A stretch of 64,000 bases of DNA, from assembly GCA_034440115.1 (NCBI GenBank), contig JAWXBM010000107.1, forward strand, positions 947-64,946, written 5' to 3'. Under the pieces are notes generated by a model. The model was not told where the DNA came from and made no database searches. It saw nothing but the letters and a program-made list of their open reading frames with translations. The stretch comes from Lysobacterales bacterium (GTDB lineage Bacteria > Pseudomonadota > Gammaproteobacteria > Xanthomonadales > SZUA-36). How positions within the stretch are numbered: position 1 is the first letter of the stretch; every line of letters starts with the position of its first letter. Below, in pieces: positions 46,205-56,882 of the stretch. Made by a program: the position numbers and the translations under genes.

Positions 46205-46954
46205 ATGGATACAGCAACTTTAAGATGGATCATTATTGCTATCGGGATCATTATCCTGGGTACAATTTTCCTGTTTGGCAATCCTGAAAAGAAGCAGAAG
46301 CCACGGGCGTCGCGACGCAAGCCGACAACGGATGGGGCCGGCCGGCTTGAGCCCACTCTGGACGAATCAGAGATTGAGCATGAGGCTGAAACCGCTGAGC
46401 TACTGGAGTTGCAGGGGCAGGGTGAATTGCCCATGGACAAACCCCCGGGCCGGATCGAGCCTGAATTGAAAGCTGTGCCGGAGCCGCGCAAACCTCCAAA
46501 GTCGCAAAAGCCCGCGGGTCCGCCACCAGAAAAAATTGTCACTCTGTTCATTCTCGCAACGGATAAACAGGTAATAAACGGCACCGATCTGCTGCAGGTC
46601 GCTTTGAAAACCGGTCTGGAACTGGGTGATATGGATATCTTTCATCGCCAGGCAGATGGCAGTGATACGCCAGTATTCAGCCTGGCCAATGCGCACAAGC
46701 CCGGCTATTTCGACAAAGATGCCTGGAACAGCTTTGAAACCAAGGCCCTGGTGGTATTTCTTACCTTGCCCGGGCCAATGTTGGCACTGGATGCCTGGGA
46801 TACCATGCTGGCTTCCGTCAAGCGCATTGCCAGTGTGTTGAATGCAGAATTACACGACGAAGAGCACCAGCCACTGACTCGTCAGAAGGAAGGCAAAATC
46901 CGTGAGGAAATGCGCCATTTTGACCGTGAACGTGCCCGCAAGGCTTTGCTCTGA
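46205..46954 (+). CDS. zipA: Cell division protein ZipA
   Basis: N-terminal TM 'LRWIIIAIGIIILGTIFLF', a P/Q-rich linker, and the C-terminal FtsZ-binding domain. smc-zipA-ligA synteny. The ORF opens at a TTG at 46199. Confidence 0.88.
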   Translation: MDTATLRWIIIAIGIIILGTIFLFGNPEKKQKPRASRRKPTTDGAGRLEPTLDESEIEHEAETAELLELQGQGELPMDKPPGRIEPELKAVPEPRKPPKSQKPAGPPPEKIVTLFILATDKQVINGTDLLQVALKTGLELGDMDIFHRQADGSDTPVFSLANAHKPGYFDKDAWNSFETKALVVFLTLPGPMLALDAWDTMLASVKRIASVLNAELHDEEHQPLTRQKEGKIREEMRHFDRERARKALL

Positions 46955-49006
<2,052 letters not shown>

Positions 49007-49020
49007 ACGCATCTACTGAC

Positions 49021-49914
49021 TTGAAAAACATTTTACTGGTCATGAATCCACAGGCCGGCGGTGGACGCGCTGCAAAGTTACTGCCTGCCATTGAACACGA
49101 GCTGGGCCAGCATGTCAGCCAGCAGCAGGTTTTCTGCAGCAGTGCTTCGGCCAGCATTCGCAACTGGCTGGGGCAGAAAAACCTGAATGGTATTGATGCC
49201 GTAGTGGCTGCTGGTGGCGATGGTACTTTGTTCGAAGCCGTGAATGGTCTGATGTGTCACTCACTGCAGTCACGCCCACCGCTGGGCGTATTGCCCATCG
49301 GCACGGGTAACGCCTTCAGCCGTGATCTTGGCCTGCAGGCTGGTGATTGGCAATCCGCATTGGAGCTGATTTTCAAAGGCGAAACCCGCCAAATCGACCT
49401 CGGGCAAATTGATTGTGCTGCCGGGCGAATTTATTTTCTGAATATTGCCGGCATGGGCTTTGTGGTTGACGCGGGCCTCACGGCGCGCAGACTGAAACAC
49501 ATTGGTCACAGCGCTTACACGCTCTCAGCTTTGTGGCAAACGCTGAAAATGCGCGGTCACCGCCTGCGCATCGAAGTGGATGGCAGGCTGATTGAACAGG
49601 ACAATCTGTTTGTAGAATTATCCAATTCGCGCTACACCGGCACCTCGTTTTTGATGGCGCCAGGTGCGAGGCTGGATGATGGGCTACTGGACCTGACCTT
49701 GCTGCGCAGATTGCCCAGAATCAGGCTGTTGCGGCTGTTTCCAACCATCTACTCCGGCAAGCATGTTGATTATCCGGAAGTGATGGTGGTGCAGGGCCGT
49801 GAATTCAGCATCATTGAGCCCACTGACTATCCCTTGATGATCGATGGGGAGTTTGTCGGCACCACTCCAGCCAGAATACGTTGCCTGCCCGGAGAGCTCA
49901 GAATTTTTGCCTGA
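49021..49914 (+). CDS. Diacylglycerol kinase-family lipid kinase (YegS/BmrU-like)
   Basis: 'ILLVMNPQAGGG' and 'VVAAGGDGTLFEAVNG...LGVLPIGTGNAF'. TTG start. Confidence 0.85.
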   Translation: MKNILLVMNPQAGGGRAAKLLPAIEHELGQHVSQQQVFCSSASASIRNWLGQKNLNGIDAVVAAGGDGTLFEAVNGLMCHSLQSRPPLGVLPIGTGNAFSRDLGLQAGDWQSALELIFKGETRQIDLGQIDCAAGRIYFLNIAGMGFVVDAGLTARRLKHIGHSAYTLSALWQTLKMRGHRLRIEVDGRLIEQDNLFVELSNSRYTGTSFLMAPGARLDDGLLDLTLLRRLPRIRLLRLFPTIYSGKHVDYPEVMVVQGREFSIIEPTDYPLMIDGEFVGTTPARIRCLPGELRIFA

Positions 49915-49955
49915 TCAGTTTCGCTTGATTGGGCCGAGGCGATATTACGGGCAAA

Positions 49956-49986
49956 GAAAAGCCGGGCATAACCCGGCTTTCCAAAA
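49956..49986. terminator. Hairpin terminator between convergent genes
   Basis: 'AAAGCCGGGCATAACCCGGCTTT' is flanked by A/T runs. It works best for the minus-strand SYLF gene (a T-rich tract follows on that strand). Confidence 0.6.
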
Positions 49987-49998
49987 AAGATCAGGAAC

Positions 49999-50535
49999 TT
50001 ATTTTGCTTCGTATTTGAATTTCTGACCACCTACCGAAGCTTCATACATCAGGCCGCCGCCCACGTTGGTGAAAATCGCTACACCTTTGTTGTAAGAAGC
50101 ATCAGCCGACGCGCCGGCGGTGGCAGCTACAGCAGATACCTGTGCGCCTACCTCGAAATTGCCGCGCTGGAAATCATCAAGGGCGGTCTGGTCGTAAAAG
50201 AAAATGAATTCCGAGTAGACCTGGCCACCCAGTTGCAAACCGATGCTGAGCTGGCTCAGCGACGTATTGCCTATGACCTGGTTGCCTGAAATAACCAGGC
50301 CTTTACCATATGCTCCACCGATACCTATTCCGCCTTTTCCCACCTTGGGAAAGACAGCATAACCGGCTGAGTTATCAAACCAGTCCTTCATACCGGGATC
50401 TTTTTCAAGCAAGCCGAGAATTGCGGTATGCACTTCCAATTCAGATTTGTTGGACAGATCGGGTTCCCATGCCTGCACTGTTGAAAACCATGCAGTAATC
50501 ATGAGGCCTGTCAATAACAGACGGGACTTGCGCAT
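49999..50535 (-). CDS. SYLF (DUF500/Ysc84-like) lipid-binding domain protein, secreted
   Basis: ATG at 50535 after GAGGAGA. Signal peptide 'MRKSRLLLTGLMITAWFSTVQA'. Contains 'GIGGAYGKGLVI...SIGLQLGGQ...FEVGAQVSAVA'. Confidence 0.8.
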   Translation of the reverse strand: MRKSRLLLTGLMITAWFSTVQAWEPDLSNKSELEVHTAILGLLEKDPGMKDWFDNSAGYAVFPKVGKGGIGIGGAYGKGLVISGNQVIGNTSLSQLSIGLQLGGQVYSEFIFFYDQTALDDFQRGNFEVGAQVSAVAATAGASADASYNKGVAIFTNVGGGLMYEASVGGQKFKYEAK

Positions 50536-50717
50536 ATAAATCTCTCCTCGGGGTTTGTTGTGCACACCTGAGACAGGGTTTCCCTGACTTGGTTCCGGTG
50601 CTGCTGTCTTAATCGTGGCGCGACATCAAACGGCAACGGTGCTCGCAAGATGTTCCATTGACCGGTAACATCATCACGCTAAAGGCCAGGCTTGCTGGCC
50701 ATGGTAATCGCAATCCA

Positions 50718-51647
50718 ATGCCCAGAAAAGTGATCATTACCTGCGCTGTAACCGGCTCCATTCACACTCCGACCATGAGCCCGCATTTACCGCTGACTCC
50801 AACCCAAATAGCAGACGCTTCCATTGCAGCCGCTCATGCAGGTGCTGCCATTATTCACCTGCATGCCCGTCAACCCGATACAGGCGCACCCAGTGCAGAC
50901 CCTGAACACTTCATGCAGTTTCTGCCACGCATACGCGCCGCGTGTGATGCGGTGGTGAATATTTCCACCGGCGGCAGCTCCCTGATGAGTCTGGATGAAC
51001 GGTTGGCACCAGCGCGACGAGCGGAGCCGGAAATGTGCTCATTGAACATGGGCAGCATGAATTTCGGTATTTTCCCCCTGGCCGAACGCTATTCCGATTG
51101 GCAGCACGACTGGGAACCCAAGCTACTGGGTGCCACCCGCCGTGTTCCTTTCCGCAATACCTTTGAAGATATTGAAATGATTCTGGATGACCTCGGGGGC
51201 AACCGCGGAGCGAAGTTTGAATTTGAATGTTATGACATCGGCCAGATTGAAACGCTGGCTTATTATTTGAAGAAAGGCAGGGTGAAAGCACCCTTGTACG
51301 TGCAGTTTGTAATGGGCGTTCTCGGTGGCATGGGCGCCAGCCCGGAGAATTTAATGACCATGAAGGCGGCGGCCGATCGCTTGCTGGGCGATGCCTATGA
51401 ATTTTCCGTGCTGGCTGCCGGCGGGATGCAGATGAAGTTGGCCACCATGGGTGCCGTGTTGGGCGGCAATGTGCGGGTTGGGTTGGAAGATAGCCTGACC
51501 ATTGCGGCCGGCCAGTTGGCTAGAAGTAACGCAGAACAGGTCAGCAAGATACGGCGAATTCTGGCAGAACTGGGGTTTGAATCGGCCAGCGCAGTTGAAG
51601 CACGCGAACGATTACAAACCAAGGGGCGGGAATCGCAGGCCTTTTGA
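50718..51647 (+). CDS. BKACE family enzyme (3-keto-5-aminohexanoate cleavage enzyme-like, DUF849)
   Basis: 'KVIITCAVTGSIHTP...IHLHAR...NISTGG'. The ATG at 50718 is chosen; the ORF opens at 50658. Confidence 0.82.
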   Translation: MPRKVIITCAVTGSIHTPTMSPHLPLTPTQIADASIAAAHAGAAIIHLHARQPDTGAPSADPEHFMQFLPRIRAACDAVVNISTGGSSLMSLDERLAPARRAEPEMCSLNMGSMNFGIFPLAERYSDWQHDWEPKLLGATRRVPFRNTFEDIEMILDDLGGNRGAKFEFECYDIGQIETLAYYLKKGRVKAPLYVQFVMGVLGGMGASPENLMTMKAAADRLLGDAYEFSVLAAGGMQMKLATMGAVLGGNVRVGLEDSLTIAAGQLARSNAEQVSKIRRILAELGFESASAVEARERLQTKGRESQAF

Positions 51648-51699
51648 GAGTGGCATAAATCCACTGTCCAATTTCTGTTCAGCACTAAGGAGACAAACA

Positions 51700-54258
51700 A
51701 TGAAACTTGGCATCGGCATCATGCTGCTAGCGCTGTTGGCGTCACTTAACACGGCACATGCTGCCCGTGAGCCGGTGCTGAAGCAGATCGACGTACCGCA
51801 CGATTACTACTTCCGTGAAATGTATTTGCCCCAACTGACCAGCGGGCCTTCGTCGCTGGCGTGGTCACCGGATGGTCAACATCTGGTGTATTCGATGGCG
51901 GGTAGTCTTTGGAAACAAGGCATCAATGACACAGTAGCTGAGCAGTTGACCAACGGCCCCGGTTACGACTATCTGCCGGACTGGTCCAGTACCGGAAAAA
52001 TTGTGTTCTCCCGCTACCATGCCGATGCGCTGGAGTTGCACCTGTTGGATCTGGCCACCGGCAAAGTGCGGCGGTTGACCAGCAACCAGGGTGTTAACCT
52101 GGATGCGCGCTGGTCTTCTGATGGGCAGCAGCTCGCCTGGATATCCACCGCAGCTACGGGTCGTTTCAAATTGTTCACCGGTGATTTTCAAGGCAAACCT
52201 GGCAAGGAAACCCTGGATGGCAGAATGTTGCTGGCTGATCGTCTCGAGCCACGCGATCGTTATTACTACAGTGCATACGATCATGAGCTCAGCCCAAGCT
52301 GGTCGCCTGATGGCAAAGAACTGATCTACGTTTCGAATCCGAATGAGATCTACGGCAGTGGTGCTATCTGGCGACGCTCGGCAGACGGTCAGGGTGAGGC
52401 TACCCTGGTGCGTGATGAAGAGACCAGCTGGCGCACCCATCCAGACTGGTCGCCGGATGGCAAGCGCGTGGCTTATTCCTCTTACCTAGGACGACAGTGG
52501 CATCAGCTGTGGCTGACCACAGCTGCCGGTGGTGGCGATCCTTTGCCACTGAGTTATGGTGAGTTTGATATCACTGCCATTCGCTGGTCACCTGATACCA
52601 GCCAACTTGCGTACGTTTCCAACGAGGCGTTCAACACCAGTATCTGGATACAGGATGTAATCGGCGGCAAAAAACGAGCTTTGAAAGTCGACTCGCGTAT
52701 TTATCTGCGCGAACAGGGTCAACTGGTACTGCAGGTGACCGATGCCAATGGCGATCCCGTGTCAGCCCGTGTATCGGTGACCGGCAGCGACGGCCGCAGT
52801 TATGCGCCTGACACAGCACGAATGCATGCCGATGATGGCTTCGATCGGAGCCAGCTAAACGAAGAAGTCCACTATTTTCATGTGACTGACGAACCCATAT
52901 CGCTGACCATTCCTGAAGGGAATACTCAGGTCAAAGTCTGGCGCGGACTGGAAAATTCCATCGTCAGCCAGACCATCAAGTTGAAGGGTGGCGACACCGA
53001 CTATCGAAACATCGTTATTCAGCCACTGGATTTGCCGGCGGGTTGGTCGCAATGGCACAGCGGTGATTTGCATGTGCATATGAACTATGGCGGAACCTAC
53101 CGCAATCAGCCTGCCGATTTGGTGGCGCAGGCCGAAGCGGAAGACCTGGACCTGATGTACAACCTGATCGTCAACAAGGAACAACGCATTCCCGATATCG
53201 CTTTCTTCTCACCTGAGCCGGATCCGGCTTCCAGCCAGGCTTCCCTGTTGCTGCATGGCCAGGAGTATCACACCAGCTACTGGGGTCATATGGGCCTGCT
53301 GGATTTGCAGGAACATTATTTGATTCCGGATTATGTGGCTTATCCGAATACCGCGGCAGCCAGTATTTTTCCCGACAATCCGACGGTGGCGAATTTGGCT
53401 AAAGAACAATCAGCATTAGTAGGATATGTGCATCCTTTTAATAAGCCGCCGGACCCTGCTACCGACGAGCACCTGACACATGCTTTGCCGGTTAGCGCGG
53501 CCCTGGGTTCGCTCGATTACCTTGAAGTCCTGGGCTTCAGTTGGCACCGGGAAACTGCTTCCGTTTGGTATCGCTTACTGAATTGCGGCATGCGTCCGGC
53601 CGCGGCGGCGGGCACCGATGCCATGGCCAATTACGCATCCTTGCGCGGGCCAGTCGGGCTCACTCGTGTTTACGTCGATACCGGTAACGAATTGGACTTC
53701 TCCAGTGCCACAGCCGAAGAACGTAAAGTTGCCTGGCTGAATGGGCTGCGTGCCGGCCGGACTATGGCCACCAATGCGCCTTTGCTGGGATTTGAGTTGG
53801 ACGGGCAGGGCCCCGGCAGCGAGATCACATTGGCCGCAGGCCAGAAGCTCGATTACAGCGGCTTTTTGCGCTCCATGGTGGCTGTGGATCATCTGGAAAT
53901 TGTGGTCAACGGAGCGGTCGTACGCAAGCTGGATTTAAGTAAAGGTGGCCGCAGTTCTGATCTCAGAGGCAGCCTGGAGATTCGGCAGAGTTCCTGGGTG
54001 CTGCTGCGTGCCTGGAGTGATGGCCCGTCTGTCGATGTGCTGGATATCTACCCTTATGCCACGACCAATCCGGTGTTCGTGCAGGTAGCCGATCAGCCCA
54101 TGCAATCAAGTAAAGATGCCGATTACTTTATGGCCTGGATTGACCGCATTGCCGAGTCAGCCGAAGCACACCCTGACTACAACAGCACAGCGGAAAAACA
54201 GCAAGTGATGAATCATTTATCACAAGCCAAAGCACGGTTTGAGCAGTGTCGTGAATAG
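51700..54258 (+). CDS. Secreted TolB-like beta-propeller (PD40 repeats) fused to a CehA/McbA-type PHP metallohydrolase domain
   Basis: ATG at 51700 after AAGGAGA, with a signal peptide 'MKLGIGIMLLALLASLNTAHA'. Repeated 'WSPDG..LAY/VY' propeller blades. The C-terminal half has 'HSGDLHVHMNYGG' and 'HGQEYHTSYWGHMG'. Confidence 0.78.
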   Translation: MKLGIGIMLLALLASLNTAHAAREPVLKQIDVPHDYYFREMYLPQLTSGPSSLAWSPDGQHLVYSMAGSLWKQGINDTVAEQLTNGPGYDYLPDWSSTGKIVFSRYHADALELHLLDLATGKVRRLTSNQGVNLDARWSSDGQQLAWISTAATGRFKLFTGDFQGKPGKETLDGRMLLADRLEPRDRYYYSAYDHELSPSWSPDGKELIYVSNPNEIYGSGAIWRRSADGQGEATLVRDEETSWRTHPDWSPDGKRVAYSSYLGRQWHQLWLTTAAGGGDPLPLSYGEFDITAIRWSPDTSQLAYVSNEAFNTSIWIQDVIGGKKRALKVDSRIYLREQGQLVLQVTDANGDPVSARVSVTGSDGRSYAPDTARMHADDGFDRSQLNEEVHYFHVTDEPISLTIPEGNTQVKVWRGLENSIVSQTIKLKGGDTDYRNIVIQPLDLPAGWSQWHSGDLHVHMNYGGTYRNQPADLVAQAEAEDLDLMYNLIVNKEQRIPDIAFFSPEPDPASSQASLLLHGQEYHTSYWGHMGLLDLQEHYLIPDYVAYPNTAAASIFPDNPTVANLAKEQSALVGYVHPFNKPPDPATDEHLTHALPVSAALGSLDYLEVLGFSWHRETASVWYRLLNCGMRPAAAAGTDAMANYASLRGPVGLTRVYVDTGNELDFSSATAEERKVAWLNGLRAGRTMATNAPLLGFELDGQGPGSEITLAAGQKLDYSGFLRSMVAVDHLEIVVNGAVVRKLDLSKGGRSSDLRGSLEIRQSSWVLLRAWSDGPSVDVLDIYPYATTNPVFVQVADQPMQSSKDADYFMAWIDRIAESAEAHPDYNSTAEKQQVMNHLSQAKARFEQCRE

Positions 54259-54276
54259 GCAGATGGGCTAGCGCTT

Positions 54277-54809
54277 TCAGGCCGCATAAAACAGGTCTGG
54301 TTGCTCTTCTGCGCTGTGTTGAGTCAGTAAAGAGATAATCACCAAAGTCGGCAGAGAAACCAGCCAGCCCATCCAGGAAGCGCTGAAACCATAAGGCTCG
54401 CCTGCCAGAGTCCAGACCACAGCGCTGCTGCCGCCCAGCAACATGCTCCAGAAAGCTCCTCTGGCCGTGGTGCGGCGCCAGAACAGCAAACCCAGCATAG
54501 GGAAAAACAGGCCCGGCAGCGTGCTGCCAGTAGCGAACAGAGGCCATTCAAAGGGTATGCCGGTTAGCAGGAAGGCCCGCCGTGGGGTTTTTTATCACGC
54601 GCGGTAATGCTGCGTTGCAGGGCGGCGATGGAAATAAACCAGATCGGTAGGCGACGCAAATATCCTGCCCAGCGTTTTACTTCAGGCACCAGCAGGAAAG
54701 AGGCAAGAATCACGCTCAACGCTGAGGTGGCAGTCAGCCAGGAACCGGATATGCCGATGGTAAAACCCAGACCCACCAGGGCGATGCTGAATCCCCATAC
54801 TACCAGCAC
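54277..54809 (-). pseudogene. Remnant of a sodium:solute symporter-type membrane transporter (internal deletion)
   Basis: Two short hydrophobic ORFs lie on the minus strand. 54564-54809 has an N-terminal-like TM segment ('FSIALVGLGFTIGISGSWLTATSALSVILASFLL'). 54277-54498 has a C-terminal-like segment ('LGLLFWRRTTARGAFWSMLLGGSSAVVWTL...'). The span is about 0.5 kb where I would expect roughly 1.5 kb. Confidence 0.45.
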
Positions 54810-54893
54810 TCAGTCAACAGGAAGTCAGCCGCCTGCTTGACCCGCGAGTGTTGCTGCTTTCATGATGTGCAACTTGAAAGTTAAGGTAACGAC

Positions 54894-56723
54894 ATGAAAA
54901 AAGGAATCAGCCGGCGTGATTTTCTCAATGGAACCCAGGTTGCCCTGGGCGCATCCTTGCTGACGCCATGGTCGGAGTTGTTTGGTAACGATATCGGTGT
55001 TTTTCATTCCGACACGAACTATTACCCACCCGGCCTGAGTGGCATGCGTGGCAGCCATGATGGCAGCTGGGAAACCATGCATGCCCGCGTGGCAGGTGGC
55101 AGCTGGGACGCCGGTGAGCCCGATGAGCAATACGACCTGGTGGTCGTTGGTGGTGGAATTTCTGGCCTTTCTGCTGCCTGGTTTTATCGGCAAAGGCAGC
55201 CGCAGGCGAAAATTCTGATTGTGGAAAATCACGATGACTTTGGTGGCCATGCCAAGCGCAACGAATTTATCGTCAATGGTCAGACCCGCATTGGCTATGG
55301 TGGCACTGAGGCTATAGATACGCCCTCATCCTTTGGCCCGCCTGCCATGGATTTGCTGCAGAAAATTGGTATTCGACTGGACGCGTTTTATGAAGCCTAT
55401 GACGCTTCCATATATTCACAACTCAATCTGTCCCGTGGCATTCTGTTTGATCAGCAAACCTTTGGCCAACAAAAGCTGGCGGTGGGCTATGCGCTATTGC
55501 CCTGGAATGAATTCGTTCTTCGAACACCCCTGAGTGAGCAGGCCCGCAAAGACCTTATACGTTTGCAAACCAGTACTGAGGATTATTTGCCCGGCCTTAG
55601 CCTTGAAGAAAAGCAGGCCCTGATGCAACGCATCAGCTATGAAACGTTTTTGCGCGATTATGCCAAGGTCGACCCGCAGATTATTGAAATGTATCGCAAG
55701 TGGGGCACCAGTTTCTGGTGCGTCGGGATAGATGAGATTCCGGCCAGCCAGGTGCAGGAATACGAAGGGATGCCGGGTACGGAACATTCTTTGCCACGGC
55801 ATGGCAGTCGTGGTGATGACCCCTACATTTTTCACTTTCCCGATGGCAATGCAACGATTGCCCGATTGCTGGTGCGCTCGCTGATCCCCGCAGCATTGCC
55901 AGGAAAGACCCAGGAAGATTCGGTACTGGCGCGGCTGGATTATTCACAACTGGATAAGGCAGGTCAGGCCATTCGTATACGCCTGAACAGCACCGCCGTG
56001 CAGGTGCAACACACAGCCGATGAAAGTGCGGTAGACATTACCTACGTGAATGAGGGGAATGCCTTCAAGGCCCGGGCAAAAAATGTGGTTATGGCTTGCT
56101 ACAACTTGTCCATTCCATACCTTTGTCCAGAAATGCCCCAACGGCAAAAGGAAGGCTTGGCTTACGGTGTTAAAGTTCCTTTGAGCTACGTTAAGGTTGC
56201 CGTGCCCAACTGGCGTGCCATGGCCGACCTGGGTTTGGATTTTGTCAATTACACCAATGATTTTTACAAACAAGTGGAACTGGACTTCCCGGTTTCAATT
56301 GGCGGCTACGAGTGTGCCAAAACACCGAATGATCCGATGATCCTGCATATGTGCCACGTGCCGTTTCTGCCCGATGTCAAAGGGCCGGAACAATGGCGTC
56401 AGGGTCGACGTATGTTATTGCAAACGCCATTCAGCACCTTCGAGTATCACGTTCGAGATCAACTGGACCAGGCCCTGGCCGGTGGAGGTTTTGATGCCGA
56501 TCGTGATATTGTCGGCATCACCGTCAATCGCTGGCCGCACGGCTATGCCTACGAAAGCAACCTGATCTGGGAACCCAAGTACGCCGCTGAAGCCGATAAA
56601 CCCTGGGTGATTGGCCGCCAGCCTTTCGGGCGTATTCACATCGCCAACTCGGATGCCGATTCATCAGCCATGACGCAAGCGGCCATCATGCAGGCGTGGC
56701 GGGCGGTTGGGGAAATCGAATGA
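54894..56723 (+). CDS. Tat-exported FAD/NAD(P)-binding amine oxidoreductase (spermidine dehydrogenase SpdH-like)
   Basis: Twin-arginine signal 'ISRRDFLNG' and the dinucleotide fold 'YDLVVVGGGISGLSAAWFY...VENHDDFGGHA'. The size and layout resemble SpdH-type enzymes; this assignment is from memory. Confidence 0.65.
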   Translation: MKKGISRRDFLNGTQVALGASLLTPWSELFGNDIGVFHSDTNYYPPGLSGMRGSHDGSWETMHARVAGGSWDAGEPDEQYDLVVVGGGISGLSAAWFYRQRQPQAKILIVENHDDFGGHAKRNEFIVNGQTRIGYGGTEAIDTPSSFGPPAMDLLQKIGIRLDAFYEAYDASIYSQLNLSRGILFDQQTFGQQKLAVGYALLPWNEFVLRTPLSEQARKDLIRLQTSTEDYLPGLSLEEKQALMQRISYETFLRDYAKVDPQIIEMYRKWGTSFWCVGIDEIPASQVQEYEGMPGTEHSLPRHGSRGDDPYIFHFPDGNATIARLLVRSLIPAALPGKTQEDSVLARLDYSQLDKAGQAIRIRLNSTAVQVQHTADESAVDITYVNEGNAFKARAKNVVMACYNLSIPYLCPEMPQRQKEGLAYGVKVPLSYVKVAVPNWRAMADLGLDFVNYTNDFYKQVELDFPVSIGGYECAKTPNDPMILHMCHVPFLPDVKGPEQWRQGRRMLLQTPFSTFEYHVRDQLDQALAGGGFDADRDIVGITVNRWPHGYAYESNLIWEPKYAAEADKPWVIGRQPFGRIHIANSDADSSAMTQAAIMQAWRAVGEIE

Positions 56724-56882
56724 CCCGGTGGCTGCAATTCCAGTTGTTGATGCCGATGGAAAAGGAAGTTGCTAAAACATCAGTGCAAATCGTTTTGACG
56801 GTGATGTCCACAATTTCTTTTTTTATGCTTAAAATGCAGTGCTCAAGACTGCGGTAGGCAACAATTGAGGTCGAGTACCACG

